The notes under the pieces: generated by a model
Databases searched by the model: none
Told to the model about the DNA's origin: nothing
Seen by the model: the letters and a program-made list of their open reading frames with translations, nothing else
Position numbers and translations under genes: made by a program
Origin: Emiliania huxleyi CCMP1516
Taxonomy: Eukaryota
Direction: 5' to 3'
Assembly (NCBI RefSeq): GCF_000372725.1
Contig: NW_005202428.1
Coordinates: 248,001-312,000, forward strand
Length of the DNA: 64,000 bases
In this document: one piece after another, positions 12,101-24,025 of the stretch
Position numbering within the stretch: position 1 is the stretch's first letter
Layout of the letters: the number at the start of each line of letters is the position of its first letter

Positions 12101-15100
12101 NNNNNNNNNNNNNNNNNNNNNNNNNNNNNNNNNNNNNNNNNNNNNNNNNNNNNNNNNNNNNNNNNNNNNNNNNNNNNNNNNNNNNNNNNNNNNNNNNNNN
12201 NNNNNNNNNNNNNNNNNNNNNNNNNNNNNNNNNNNNNNNNNNNNNNNNNNNNNNNNNNNNNNNNNNNNNNNNNNNNNNNNNNNNNNNNNNNNNNNNNNNN
12301 NNNNNNNNNNNNNNNNNNNNNNNNNNNNNNNNNNNNNNNNNNNNNNNNNNNNNNNNNNNNNNNNNNNNNNNNNNNNNNNNNNNNNNNNNNNNNNNNNNNN
12401 NNNNNNNNNNNNNNNNNNNNNNNNNNNNNNNNNNNNNNNNNNNNNNNNNNNNNNNNNNNNNNNNNNNNNNNNNNNNNNNNNNNNNNNNNNNNNNNNNNNN
12501 NNNNNNNNNNNNNNNNNNNNNNNNNNNNNNNNNNNNNNNNNNNNNNNNNNNNNNNNNNNNNNNNNNNNNNNNNNNNNNNNNNNNNNNNNNNNNNNNNNNN
12601 NNNNNNNNNNNNNNNNNNNNNNNNNNNNNNNNNNNNNNNNNNNNNNNNNNNNNNNNNNNNNNNNNNNNNNNNNNNNNNNNNNNNNNNNNNNNNNNNNNNN
12701 NNNNNNNNNNNNNNNNNNNNNNNNNNNNNNNNNNNNNNNNNNNNNNNNNNNNNNNNNNNNNNNNNNNNNNNNNNNNNNNNNNNNNNNNNNNNNNNNNNNN
12801 NNNNNNNNNNNNNNNNNNNNNNNNNNNNNNNNNNNNNNNNNNNNNNNNNNNNNNNNNNNNNNNNNNNNNNNNNNNNNNNNNNNNNNNNNNNNNNNNNNNN
12901 NNNNNNNNNNNNNNNNNNNNNNNNNNNNNNNNNNNNNNCGTCGCCGCCAGCCGGCGCTCTCCCTCCCTCCGCACCTCTGACCAGATGGCCCTCCTCCCCC
13001 TCTCTCCCGCCAGGCGGCGCTCTCCCGCGCGGCATGCGGCGCCAGCCTCGAGGAGGCGTCGGCTCTGCTGCCCGACGTGCCGGCCTTCCTCGCCGAGCTC
13101 TCCTCCGAGCAAGCCGCCGCCGCCGCCGCCGCCGCAGACGCAGACGCGCCGCCCGTGGGCGGCGCCAGCGCGCGCCGGCGCATCAGGGCCGAGGCCGAGC
13201 GGCTGCTGGCCGCTGGCGCGGCGCCCCCCCTCGCTGCTGCCGCCCTCTCGCGCCCCTCCTCGCCGCCGCTCGGCGCGCCGGCGGCCGACGCGGCCGCCGG
13301 CGGCGAGGGCGGCGGCGCGTTCGGCCGCCGCGCCGATGTCAGCGAGCGGCGGCGGCGCCACTTGCTCGAGCTGCAGCTGCTCTCGCGCAGCGAGTGCGAG
13401 GGGGCGGGGTGCGGCGGCGAGGGCGGGTGGGCGGGCGAGGGCGGCGGCGAGTGCAGCGGCTGGGAGCCGAGGCAGGGGCCGGGGCCGGAGACCAACCGCC
13501 TAGCGGGGGTCGGAGGCGGGGCTGCCGCGTGGATGGGGGGGGTGCCGGCCAGCGCGCCGTTTTGCTGCGAGCGGCACCAGGTGCAGGGCCTCATCTTCAA
13601 CGAATTCACTAGCTGATTCATTGACTCGAATTCATTGACTGCCGCCAGGCGGTGACGCCGACCCTCGACTGCTACGACGCGCGCGAGGAGGGGGAGGCCG
13701 CGCTGCCGGCGGGCCTCGACTGCGCGTGCCTCTGCGCGTCGCTGCAGGGCGAGGCGTGCACGCTCGCGGTGTGGGTGATGGACGAGCGCGCGCCAGCGGA
13801 GGCCGCGCTGCGCGCGCTGCGGCGGCGCGCGCGGCTGTGCGGCTCCGGCGTGGCACCCTTGCAGCATGTGTGGCTGCAGGCCGTGTCGGAGGACGCGGCG
13901 GCGTGGCTGGACGACGCCGGCGTGTCGGGCTGCGGCGAGTGGCTGCTGTGCGCCCACCTGTCGGCCGACCTCGAGCCGGCGGAGGGCGCGCAGAGGCGCG
14001 GCGGCGAGGCGCCGCTGCGCGCGCGTGCCGCCTCTCCCTCCCTCCCCCTCCCTCCCGCGTCGACCTCGCCCGCCCGTCTCCCGCCCAGGCGCTGCGCGCG
14101 TGCCGCCTCTCCCTCGTTCGCGGGCTCGCCTCCCTCCACGCGGCTGGCCTCTCTTGCGGCGGCGCACTCTCCCTCGCCGACGTCTCCTTCCCGCTGCGGC
14201 AGCACACGCCCCACCCGGCGGCGAGCGCCGCCACCCTCTTCCACGGCCCTCTGCGGCCGTCTGCGGCCGCACCGGCCGCGGGCGAGCCGCCCTCCCCTAC
14301 CCCGCGGTACCCGAACCCGCCCTCCCCTACCCCGCGGTACCCGAACCCACCGGCCGCGGGCGAGCCGGCCTGCGCGGCGCTGCTCTGCCTCCGCGCGGCG
14401 CCCGCGGCCGAGGGCGGCTTCGCGGCGGACGTGGCGGCCCTCGCGCCGGTGCTGGCCAGCCTTGGCTCCGGCGAGGGCGGCGGCGCGGGCGGCGACGAGG
14501 GCATCGCCGCGCTGTGCGGCGCGATGGCGCACGCGCAGCCGCTCTGTCGGCCCGCGGCGGCAGCGCTCGCCTGCCACCCCTACTTCACGGAGGGCGCGGC
14601 GACGGCGCTCGGCGACGCGGCGGAGGAGGCGAGCGACAACGACTCCGACTCCGACTCCACGTCGTCTCGCCACTCCGCGCCGCCGCCGCCACCCGACCCG
14701 ACCAGCGCGCAGGCAGCGGCTGTCTGGGCGGCGGCGTGGGCGGCGCGGCTCGAGGCGGCGGAGGCGCTGCCGCCGCTCGTCGTGCGTCTCTCGGCTGCCG
14801 ACGCGGCGTTCGCCGAGCAGGCTGCGTGCGGCGCGAGTGGCGGGCTCGCCCCGGCGGCAGGCGGGGCCGGGAGGGGCGCAGCGTGGTCCTCCGCCGGCCA
14901 CGGTACCCGAACCCACCCTCCCCTACCCCACGGTACCCGAACCCACCCTCCCCTACCCCCACGGTACCCGAACCCACCCTCCCCTACCCCACGGTACCCA
15001 AACCCACCCTCCCCTACCCCACGGTACCCGAACCCACCCTCCCCTCCCCCACGGCACCCGAACCCACCCTCCCCTACCCCGCGGTACCCGAACCCACGCG

Positions 15101-17120
15101 TCCGCCGGCGACGGGGCAGGGGTGCACGACGGGGTGGAGGAGGTATCGTGGGAGGAGGAGGCTGCGGGCGGGCTCGTCGAGCGGCTCCTCGCGCTGCCCG
15201 AGCAGCTGGCCGCCGGCCTCCCCTCCCCCGCCCTCCGGCTCGCCGCCTTCCGACCGCTCGTATTCGTGGCCGAGTCGAGGCGGGGCGGCACGCCGCGCCG
15301 CGCGCTCAGCCTCGGCGCGCTGCCGAGATCACCCGAGATTGCGCGAGATTGCGCGAGAGTGCGCGAGAGTGCGCGAGATTGCGCGAGATTACCCTCAGCC
15401 TCGGCGTTCCGCCGCGTGCCGCGTCTCGGGTTTATCTGGGGCGGTCTCGGCTCATCTCGGCTATCTGGGGCGGCTCATCTCGGCGGCGGGCGAGTCTAGA
15501 CTGAGGGTAATCTCGGGCAATCTCGCGTAATCTCGGGTAATCTCGGCTCATCTCGGCGGCGGGCGAGTCTAGGTGCGCTGCTCGCCGCCTTTTGGCGGCT
15601 CGCCTTGCACGAGCGCGCGAGCGTCGCGGGCGACGTGGCGTCGGGCGACGCGGTGCCGGCCGACAGCGGCGCGGCGCGCGGTTTGCCTCCGCTCCTGCAG
15701 CTGCCCCCGCCTCGCGAGCCGCTCGAGCCGGTGGCGTGGCAGCCGCCGCCGACTCCGCTGCCGCCGGTGGACGTGGTTGATCCGCCGTCCGACGCGGCGT
15801 CCGACGCGGCGTCCGAGGCGGCGTCCGAGGCGGCGCGGCGGAGCGAGGCGGCGCAGGCGCGGCTGGGCGCGTTGCTGCTGCTCTCTCTGGCGCACGGCGT
15901 CCCGCTCCCGCCCTGGCTCGCCACGCCGCCGGTCTGCCGCTCGCTGCTCGGGCGAGGGGCGGCCGTCGCGGACGGCGGACACGCCCCGTGACGCGTCCGT
16001 GACACGTCCCCGCCCCTCTCCCCCACAGGCGGGGCTCGACAGTCGGCCTCTCGGACGCGGCCGCCGCGCGGCCGCAGCTCGCCACGCGCTTCGCCCTCGT
16101 CCTGGCCTCCATCGGCGATGAGACCGACTGGCCGGACTCCGAGGCGCCGCCGCCGCCGCCGCCCGCCGCGAGGCTGCGGCTGCTGCAGGAGCCCGCTGAC
16201 GCTGTGAGCTCCGTGAGCTCCGCGTTCGGCGCGTTGCAGCTGGACGAGGCGGCCGCGGCGGACGCCGCGGCGGGCGGGGAGGCGGGGTGCACGCCCGGGG
16301 GGGTCTGCTCCGAGTCTGCGGCGCCGTGCGACGAGGGGGCGGCGGCGGAGGAGGAGGGAGGGGCGGCGGGGCAGCCCGACCGGTTCGCGCCGTCGCCAAA
16401 GCTGCGCGCCTCCCTCCGTGCGCTCGAGTGGCGGCTGCACGGATGCCGCGCCCGCTCCTGTGCGCGCCACACACACACACCCCTCCGCCGGGGCCCTCCC
16501 CTCGCGCACCCGCGCAACCCCCCCCCCCCCCCAGACTCCCTGTTGATATGCGNNNNNNNNNNNNNNNNNNNNNNNNNNNNNNNNNNNNNNNNNNNNNNNN
16601 NNNNNNNNNNNNNNNNNNNNNNNNNNNNNNNNNNNNNNNNNNNNNNNNNNNNCCCCTGCCCGCGGCCTTCCCCGCCCAAGACCTCGAGGCGCGGCTCGTG
16701 TTTGAGGCGTGGCCCGACGGCGCGCGCACGCCCGCGCTGCTGCTCTCGCTGCTGCGCGCCGCGTCGGACACCTTTCGCACCCGCCTCCTCCTCCTCGTCA
16801 CCGGCCGCACCCGCCCGCCGCCGCGCGACGCCGAGCCGCACCTCGAGCCCGACGAGCCGCACGCGCCGCCGCGCCACGCGTCGCGCCGCCGCTCGCGCTC
16901 GTCCGCGCCGCAGCACGCTGCCGCCAGCTTTGGCGCCACCGGCGCGCCGCTGATTGTCCGCTTCTACATGGCGCAGCCGCCGACCGAGCCGCCGCCGGTT
17001 CGCGTGCTCCGCTCCGCGGGGGTCCTGCTGCTGCCCGAGTACCCCGACTGTGCCGCGCTGCGGGCCGCGCTCCAGCACGCCATCTATCGCTCCCCGGAGG
17101 CGTCGGCGTCCGACCTTTGA
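9122..17120 (+). CDS. Large multi-exon gene (or two genes): N-terminal FHA domain, degenerate kinase-like segment, HECT-like C-terminus; spans three gaps
   Basis: FHA motifs LIGRS, VSHNHA and DVGSTFGTYLN (about 9277-9570). RPAAAALACHPYF resembles kinase subdomain XI. The end VLLLPEYPDCAALRAALQHAI resembles a HECT C-terminus. Continuity across the gaps is unproven. Confidence 0.55.
9737..9775 (+). mobile_element. 39-nt acceptor cassette in intron 9710-9775
   Basis: CTGTGAACAGCGTCTCTTCACACCTGTTGCTGTGAACAG between 27-nt direct repeats (9710-9736, 9776-9802; 1 mismatch). Confidence 0.85.
10196..10422. other. Assembly gap
   Basis: N run. Confidence 1.
11136..11757 (+). repeat. Intronic decamer tandem repeat (TTGCACGAGA)n; shorter array at 10751-10820
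   Basis: About 60 degenerate 10-nt units. Confidence 0.95.
12037..12938. other. Assembly gap
   Basis: N run. Confidence 1.
14899..15097 (+). repeat. 30-nt minisatellite CCCACCCTCCCCTACCCCACGGTACCCGAA (also 14290-14348 and about 57527-57563)
   Basis: About 6.5 units flanked by the direct repeat TCCGCCGGC. Confidence 0.9.
16553..16652. other. Assembly gap
   Basis: 100-N run. Confidence 1.
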
Positions 17121-17539
17121 TCCATGTGTGCGAATTGGTGTGGGAGGGCGCGAGTGGGCGCCAGCGCAGGAATTTTTCCGCGCGTCTCCGGCCGTCAGCC
17201 TGCGTGTGCAAGTGATTTGTTTGCAAAAAGCGGTTGTGTGATTTTTTGTGCGGCACATCTCTGAAGGTACAATGTGCACCGCTGCACCCCGCCCACACGC
17301 CGCACGGGTGAGACTGAGAGCTGAGAGTGAGACTGTCTCTGGACTCTGCCGGCCCTCGGCGCGCCTCGATATCCTCCGCCTCTGTGTCGCATTCGCAGTT
17401 CGCACACTCAAGTCTCAAGCCCCTAGAGCCTAGTCAAGCCCATTTCAATCACTGTCCCGTTCTGTCGTGGAGAGTTTACGTGGTACCAGCAGCAATCGCG
17501 CAGTGTAGTTTAGTGTAGGAGAAGTAGTAGAAGTGGGGG

Positions 17540-18581
17540 GGTAGAGGGCCCACAGCGTCGTAATCTAAAATCTGAGGATTAAGGATTCAGACTTCGCTTT
17601 AGTGAGGCCAAAGTGAGTTTATGGATGGGTGAGAACGATGCGCGACACGAGGAGTCACGCGGACCGAGTCGTCGGGAGGGCGGGAGCGACGGGGATGGTG
17701 ACGGTGACGGTGGCGAGGGAGAGGAAGGGGGTCCATTAACACCAGACAGCGAGAGGGGCAGGGAGGAAAGGGGGAGAGAGGAAGCCAACGGCGATGCCAC
17801 CACCAGCAGGGGACACGATGAACAGGTAGACAACGGCCAAGGCGATGGCGAGGACGGGGAGACACGGGACGATGGCAGGCGAGACGAGGAGGACGGAGGC
17901 GAGGGAAGAGGCAGCGCCACAGTCGACGGAGGCGACAACGATGGAGAAGGGGAGGGAACGACAACGCGCACAGAGGATGAGGATATAAACTGGGACGACG
18001 CAGCGGAGGGGATAGACGAGAGGGAATCGTTCGAGGGACCGGAGGGCTTTCGCGACAGCGACGAAAGGATGACGACGAAGGCAGGGGAGGAGACGGAGGG
18101 GCGACACGCAGGAGGAGCGAAATCGCGAACGGCCCGAGCAGAGAGGGCGACGGCGGAGCACGAGGGAACAACGGAGGCGCTACCGAAGACGCGAACCGAG
18201 GCACGGGCGACGGCGGGGACGGGGAGGGCGACAGCGACGTCGAGGTTGACGCAACGGTATCGAGAGCGCCACCCAAAAGGGGGCGGACAGCCATGGAGGT
18301 CACCGAATGGAGGGCGAACGGCACGATACGAAAAGGCAGGGCGAGGCGGATGGAGAAAGAAGTGCCGAGGAGGCCATGGTGGAGGGGAGGGACGGGAGGA
18401 CGAAAGAAGGGCGAGGAGGACGAGCGGCCCGCACAGGTCGCGAGCAGACAGCGCCTGCTGGCCATTTCGAGACATTCGCAAAGAACGCTAGCTACATGGG
18501 AGGGCTTCGTGAAGGATGGATTGAAAAGCATTCGAACAAAGAAGAGGCGACGGGAGGAACCGGCAGAGGATGCAGTGACGT

Positions 18582-18654
<73 letters not shown>

Positions 18655-18820
18655 CACCCACGCGCACCCACGGCACCGTGGGGCTCCTGTCGCGGTTAGA
18701 CGTGGAGACGCGAGGGTTGCCCCCCCTTGCCCCACCACCTCGTGTGTGTGGAGAAGTTTACCTTACCTTACCTTACCTCGTCGGCGACTTTGCTGCACGC
18801 CGTCTCAGAAGTTTTTTTAC
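17540..18820 (+). repeat. Host repeat (paralog of 56345-56525, minus) interrupted by the retro-like insertion 17676-18777
   Basis: 17540-17675 plus 18785-18820 align with the uninterrupted reverse complement of 56345-56525. Confidence 0.8.
17676..18777 (+). mobile_element. 5'-truncated non-LTR-retroelement-like insertion: ORF remnant, (CA)n, 3' region, (TTACC)n tail
   Basis: TSD TCGTCGG (17669-17675, 18778-18784). The empty site is visible in the paralogous repeat near 56390. The 3' end is shared with other copies. No RT domain in this fragment. Confidence 0.8.
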
Positions 18821-19071
18821 CGCGGAGAAACTCTCTGTCTCAGGTCACTGGGGGCACGGGACTCTGGCGCGGACAGGCACTAACACAGGTATACACCACG
18901 GGAGCCGCGCCAATGTAAACTTCCAGGTGGAGGCCCCATGCAACACCCTGTCAGCGGTCCACCTTCTGGCCCGGAAATAAACTCTGCTTTGTCGTCACGG
19001 GCAAGGATGTATATGTGGTTATGAGAGACGGAGCGGCGCTCCACGCCGCCTCAGCGCCGCTCTCTCCTCCC

Positions 19072-20130
19072 TCATCTGCGGTCGGTGCCCGAGGCGCTGA
19101 TGGCTCCTCCCCCAGCGCCCAGTCCACCGGGAAGCTGCCGTGCGTGAAACCGGGAGAATGCGAAGTCGGTGCCGAAGGGCGACGTCACCTCGTACATGGC
19201 GGCGGTGCCCTCGATCGCGCCCTCCGCCATGGCCTTGGTGGTGAAGCTCCCCTCGATGGGGTAGGAGTCAGTCTTGCCCCAGCGCGGCTCGTCGGTGGTG
19301 AAGGACTGGCCGAGGATACCATGCGGCAAGTGCCGCGCCACGTAGTCGCCCTTGAGCGTGAAGGCAACGTCGAGCCGGTGCGCCGGCCCCGAGGTGGCTT
19401 CGGTCGGCAAGCCGCGAACAGAGGCCGTCCAGTTGCCGACGGTGAAGATGGCGCTCGACATGCTGATCGTGACGGAGAACTCACCGCAGGTCCTATGCCT
19501 ACCCTTCCCCAGAATGAAGCGCCGCCCGCCGCAGGTGCCATTGACGACGCTATCGCCCCAGTTGTTCTCGTTGAGCTCGGCTGCCCAGAAGGAGGCGGTC
19601 GCCGTCTTGTTGTACGCGCCGCTGACGCGCGCCACCACGTGCACTTCGGTGATGAAGGAGCCGTTCACGATGAGCGTCGCTGTTGGGTTGCGCTCGCCAC
19701 CCTTACGGAGCGGGAAGACGGCGTCCTCGGTCTTAAGGTTGAGGGCCAAGCCAGGCGCGGAGAAGAAGGAGTAGATCTGGCCGTTGCGGCCACGAAAGTC
19801 GGCGCGTCCACCGTGCGGGAAGTGAAGATGCGGGTCCTGGCCGACACAATTGCATCCTGGCGTCGGCGCTGGCGTTGGCGCTGGCGTTGGCGCGGGGCAG
19901 CAACAATTGCAACATCCGCAATCGCATCCGCATCCAGATCTGAGATTTGGCGCTGCACAGAACGCCTCCGCAGAGCGGAAACAGAGGGCCCCGTCATAGG
20001 TGGCTGGATCGCCTGTATAGCTAACTGCGTCGGCAAGCTCGGCAAACGTCGCCTCGGCTTCTGCACGACTGATTGCGCCAAAGGGGTAGGACGGAGGTGG
20101 AGGAGGAGCTGGTCGCGGTGTGCTCAGTGA
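19072..20130 (-). CDS. VWD-like domain protein with Cys-rich and (PTPA)n linker; 5' end unresolved
   Basis: The frame reads GCDCGCCNCCCPAPTPAPTP..GQDPHLHFPHGGRADFRG..HGILGQS. It is open to about 20190 with no upstream ATG, so it is spliced or truncated. Confidence 0.6.
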   Translation of the reverse strand, partial: SLSTPRPAPPPPPSYPFGAISRAEAEATFAELADAVSYTGDPATYDGALCFRSAEAFCAAPNLRSGCGCDCGCCNCCCPAPTPAPTPAPTPGCNCVGQDPHLHFPHGGRADFRGRNGQIYSFFSAPGLALNLKTEDAVFPLRKGGERNPTATLIVNGSFITEVHVVARVSGAYNKTATASFWAAELNENNWGDSVVNGTCGGRRFILGKGRHRTCGEFSVTISMSSAIFTVGNWTASVRGLPTEATSGPAHRLDVAFTLKGDYVARHLPHGILGQSFTTDEPRWGKTDSYPIEGSFTTKAMAEGAIEGTAAMYEVTSPFGTDFAFSRFHARQLPGGLGAGGGAISASGTDRR

Positions 20131-20729
20131 CTGCGCCTTAGATGGAGTCGCGGGGACCGGCGGCAGCCAATGTGTGACGGCTCGAACCCGCTAAGCCATC
20201 CCGCAAGCGGAATAGCCCGCCACTCGAACCCGCAAGCGGGCGTACGAACCGCGAGCGGCTCGCACTCGTGACACGCAGGCGTCCGCCAGACGGCGCCGGG
20301 GCTAGGCGACCGAAGAGGAACTACGGCAAGAACCGCACACCACCCGCTGACGAGCGCTCGCGGAACTGGTCCGCGGCGCCCGCCAGGGGCGTGCGCGAGA
20401 CAGGGCTCGAAGCCCTTTTCTGTGAGCAGGGATTCCCTCCGTCAGGGGGGGGATCGACGGCCTTCCAGGATGCTCTTTTCCTTTCACACCTTCAAGCGGA
20501 TCTCCACCCTCTTTTCGCGCCATTTTGCAATCTCCAGTCGGCCACACGATTCTCGAGGCGCCTTTGGCGCGAAGTCAACATCTCCGTCTCCGGCCTGAGA
20601 TCTCGAGGTGCCGATGGCGGCAGCTCAAGATCTCCATCTTCAGTTAAAGATCTCTGAGTTTTGCGAGAGATGCTGTGTGTGGAAGATCTCTGATCGGCAT
20701 CTACGATCTCCACTCAACAAATCTACTGG

Positions 20730-20862
20730 TAAGGTAAGGTAAGGTAAACTTCTCCACACACACGAGGTGGTGGGGCAAGGGGGGGCAACCCTCGCATCTC
20801 CACGTCTAACGACAGGAGCCCCACGGCATTTAAAGTGCAAGGCCCGGAGCGCGTGGGTGAGC

Positions 20863-20920
<58 letters not shown>

Positions 20921-20965
20921 ACGTCACTGCATCCTCTGCCGGTTCCTCCCGTCGCCTCTTCTTTG
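20730..20965 (-). mobile_element. Shorter 5'-truncated copy of the (TTACC)n-tailed element
   Basis: Reverse-complement match to about 18537-18777. TSD TCTACTGG (20722-20729, 20966-20973). Confidence 0.85.
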
Positions 20966-21144
20966 TCTACTGGAGTGTCCCGCAGAGAGAGCTCGATGTA
21001 TGCACCTCCTCCGCCGCTCCGGCAAGATGGCGCTAAAGCCGTAAGAGGTGGTCTCTTTCCCTTTGTATTTGTAGCTTCGCCTCAAATACGGCTTTATAAA
21101 ACCCGCTCCACCAATCATCGAGTAGCTGGCCAGCACAGCACGAA

Positions 21145-21499
21145 CTACGTGTCATTCTTCTGCCGCTCCTTCAGCTCGATCCATCGCGAGAAGAACTCAG
21201 TCGAGCGCGCGCTCTGCTGCCAGAGCAGCGCGCCGTACACGTCGCCCGCCCGCCGCTCGGCCAGCCCCACCCGCGCAGACTCGATCGCCGCGCGAACGAC
21301 GCCCAAGTTGGCCTCGCGCGCGTAGAGCTGCGCCAGCAGCCGCCGGCCACCCGCTTGCGCGCGCTCCCACACGGCTGCGTTGCTCGCGAGCTGCACCGCG
21401 GCCTCTGCGAACGCCTCGCCGCTCTCGGCCACGAGTCCGCCCCACGCCGCGTCGCTCCGCGCATCGCTCTGCGCTCCGCCGCCACGGCCGCCGCCACCG

Positions 21500-21545
<46 letters not shown>

Positions 21546-22703
21546 TTTCGCCGCGCATCCCCTCGGCGGCGATCGGCGTCGCTACGACGGGGAGCCCGTA
21601 CCGCCACGCGTCGACAACCTGTTCACAGCTGCAGGTGTGAAGAGACGCTGTTCACAGGTACGGCTACCTAGCCACGAGCGCCGACCAGCCTTGCCCTTGA
21701 TCCCTGCGCCGTACCGCAGCGGCGCGAGCAGCACGCGCGACGCCGCCAGCACGTCGAGGCTGGGCGCGTAGCCGCAGACGTGCAGGCCCGTGTCGGGCGA
21801 GTGCAGGCGCTGCACCGCTGCCGTTGGGTACGCGCCGTAGATGCGCAGCTGCGCCTGCGGCATCCTGGCGCGGATGCGCGGCCAGATGTCGCTCGCAAGC
21901 CAGCGAACAGCGTCGACGTTGGGGGGGTGCTTGAACCCTCCGACGGTGACGAAGTCTGCGCGCGCACCAAAGCCGTTCGCGCGGCCGTATCCGAAGCCCC
22001 GATCGCCTGGCTGCGCGTCGGGCGCCGCCTCGGCGCAGAAGAAGGAGGCGAGGGCGAGCTTGTGCGAGGGGATGCCGTAGGAGGCGGCGAGCAGCTGCTG
22101 CTCCACCGGCGAACAGACCAGGGTGAGGTCGGAGCGATGAACCGCCGCCAGCTCGCGCAGCAGGTCGCTGCTGCCTGCCGAAGGCGTGTGTGCGAGCGCG
22201 GCCGAGATCGCAGCGTCCGACGAGGCGCCTTGCTCGAGCGTCTGCTCGACGACGAGCTGCCTGCCTCGGCGGAGCGCGTGCATGTCCTGCATGTCGAGCA
22301 CGCGCAGCGCGGCGGGGGCGAGCTCGCGCACCCGGAAAGAGAAGGCCTCCTCGGTGAAGAAGCGGTCGAAATTTCCGACCACGTCCGGCGCCGTGCGCTC
22401 AAGCACTCGCGCGAGCTCCGCCTCGCGGTTGGGCGGGCATTCGTACGCCTGGACGCCGCGCGACTGGAGGCGCTCCACGTATGCGCTCTTGGGCGCCGAC
22501 GACGCCGCGAAGGAGCAGTCGTAGCCCCACCGCTGGAAGGCGTGCAGCAGCGCCTCCGTGCGCACGCCCGCGGCGGAGGAGTCGGGCTCGGGCCAGAGCG
22601 AGGAGAGGAAGAGGCACGAGGCGAGGCGGCCGCCGCTGAGCGAGAGCGTGGGCAAGCGCGCCGCAGCTCGAGCGGAGCAGCGCGTCGCGCCAGCGGCAGT
22701 CAT
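21145..22703 (-). CDS. GT4-like (Glyco_trans_1_4) glycosyltransferase; intron 21619-21689
   Basis: WPEPDSSAAGVR, DRFFTEE, LDMQDMH, GGFKHPPNVDA and LAPLRYGAGIKGK|VVDAWRYGLPVVATPIAAEGM. Contains a poly-Gly insert. Confidence 0.85.
21619..21657 (-). mobile_element. 39-nt acceptor cassette in the GT4 intron
   Basis: The reverse complement reads CTGTGAACAGCGTCTCTTCACACCTGCAGCTGTGAACAG. Confidence 0.85.
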
Positions 22704-23613
22704 GAATGCGATTTCGCGGGCAGATCGAAAAAATTTCGACATTGTCGACGTGGAGGACGAAGGCGACTGGCAAGTCGTGCGAGACTTCGCGGCGGCGCAC
22801 GGCCAGCTCGGGGCCCTTAACGCCTTCCTCGAGTACGCGAAGGGTGCGGTGCAGCACGCCGAGGACATCGTGGGGCCCGAGAGCCTCGAAGGGATCGCGC
22901 GGGAAACGAAGCGAAAGCTGCTCCGCTTCGAAGGGCGGCCGGAGCTTGCGGAACTAGCGACGCAACTAGCGCGGCTGGTGCTACCGCACGTTGGCCTGGA
23001 GGGCAGGCCGGTCGGCGTCACAAGAAGCGACGGCAGCGTTGCGGGGGTCAGCCTGATCGTAACCTTACCAGGGGCGGAGCGACAGCCGTTCCACTTGGAC
23101 GCGAACGTAGAAGACGTCCACTCCGTGATCGTGCCCCTCAGCCAGCGGCGGCTACACGTCGTATCGCGGCAAGAACCGATCATGCTCGGGCCGGGCGACG
23201 CCCTCGTCTTCAAAGCGAGCGAGCTGTGCCATGGCGGCGACGGCCTCGGACAGGGCGAGGACATGAGGTGCGCGCTCTTCTTCTACGTGGGACACGGCGT
23301 GACGGAGGATGTCGTCGAGCAAAGCTTCGAGTGCGAGTGGAGGTCGCTGAAGCAGTGGGCGCAAGCCCTGCCCATGGAGGGGTTGGTGGCGGCGCTGCGG
23401 AAGCTCGAGGTCGGGAAGGTGGGCGAGGTCGTCGCCGAGCTACATGGCCGCTTGCTCACGGGGGACGCGGCGCAGCGGCCCAGGCTCGAGGCGGAGGCTG
23501 CGGCGACGGTCCTGCGCGGCCTCAGGAAGGTGGCGGGGCGAGTAACGTCGCCTCCGGTGCTGGCTGAGGTAGGGGCGGGGAGGTGGCCACCCGGGGCGCC
23601 CATCATGCTGTGA
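22702..23613 (+). CDS. 2OG-Fe(II) oxygenase-like (PhyH-type fold) protein
   Basis: QPFHLD (HxD), SVIVPL, and LGPGDALVF..LCHGG (distal His). Confidence 0.65.
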   Translation: MNAISRADRKNFDIVDVEDEGDWQVVRDFAAAHGQLGALNAFLEYAKGAVQHAEDIVGPESLEGIARETKRKLLRFEGRPELAELATQLARLVLPHVGLEGRPVGVTRSDGSVAGVSLIVTLPGAERQPFHLDANVEDVHSVIVPLSQRRLHVVSRQEPIMLGPGDALVFKASELCHGGDGLGQGEDMRCALFFYVGHGVTEDVVEQSFECEWRSLKQWAQALPMEGLVAALRKLEVGKVGEVVAELHGRLLTGDAAQRPRLEAEAAATVLRGLRKVAGRVTSPPVLAEVGAGRWPPGAPIML

Positions 23614-24025
23614 TCAAGCACCTTCTGCACAACTTCCCGTGTGTGCCGTGGAAGTCAAATCGATGGGACAGAGTATCATTCTGTTTAGGTCTATTGTTGG
23701 CAAAACAAGACACAGAGCTCACACAGAATCACAGCGGGAGGAAAGCGGCGAGACGCAATTCCTGGGGTCCTTGTGGCGGGCCACCCTGTCCAGAGAGGCA
23801 TGGATGCCAATCTGGGGTCTTTCGACCGAGTCTATGAGCCCTGGCCGCTCCCGGTGGTGGCAAGACTGTTTTATATCATTTAATTCATTTAATATTTGAT
23901 CCCAATCACTATGTTTTGCCCGACTCAAAGAGTGGGAGCCGCCGTGTGCCGCGGGGCGTTGTGTCCGCTCGGCGCATTTGTTTAAATTCTCCCGCAAGTG
24001 TAACGACCGACAACGTCGTGTGTGT

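Noticed and set aside
10761..14272. Very long ORFs (up to 1149 aa) and HEIARDCTRL-repeat proteins
   Set aside because: They result from N gaps and stop-free decamer repeats.
17613..18491. 292-aa acidic ORF as a host gene
   Set aside because: It crosses the insertion boundary at 17676 and is low-complexity element sequence.
18537..20965. Composite transposon with ~240-nt inverted ends carrying the VWD-like gene
   Set aside because: Each end has its own TSD (TCGTCGG; TCTACTGG), so these are two independent insertions in opposite orientation.
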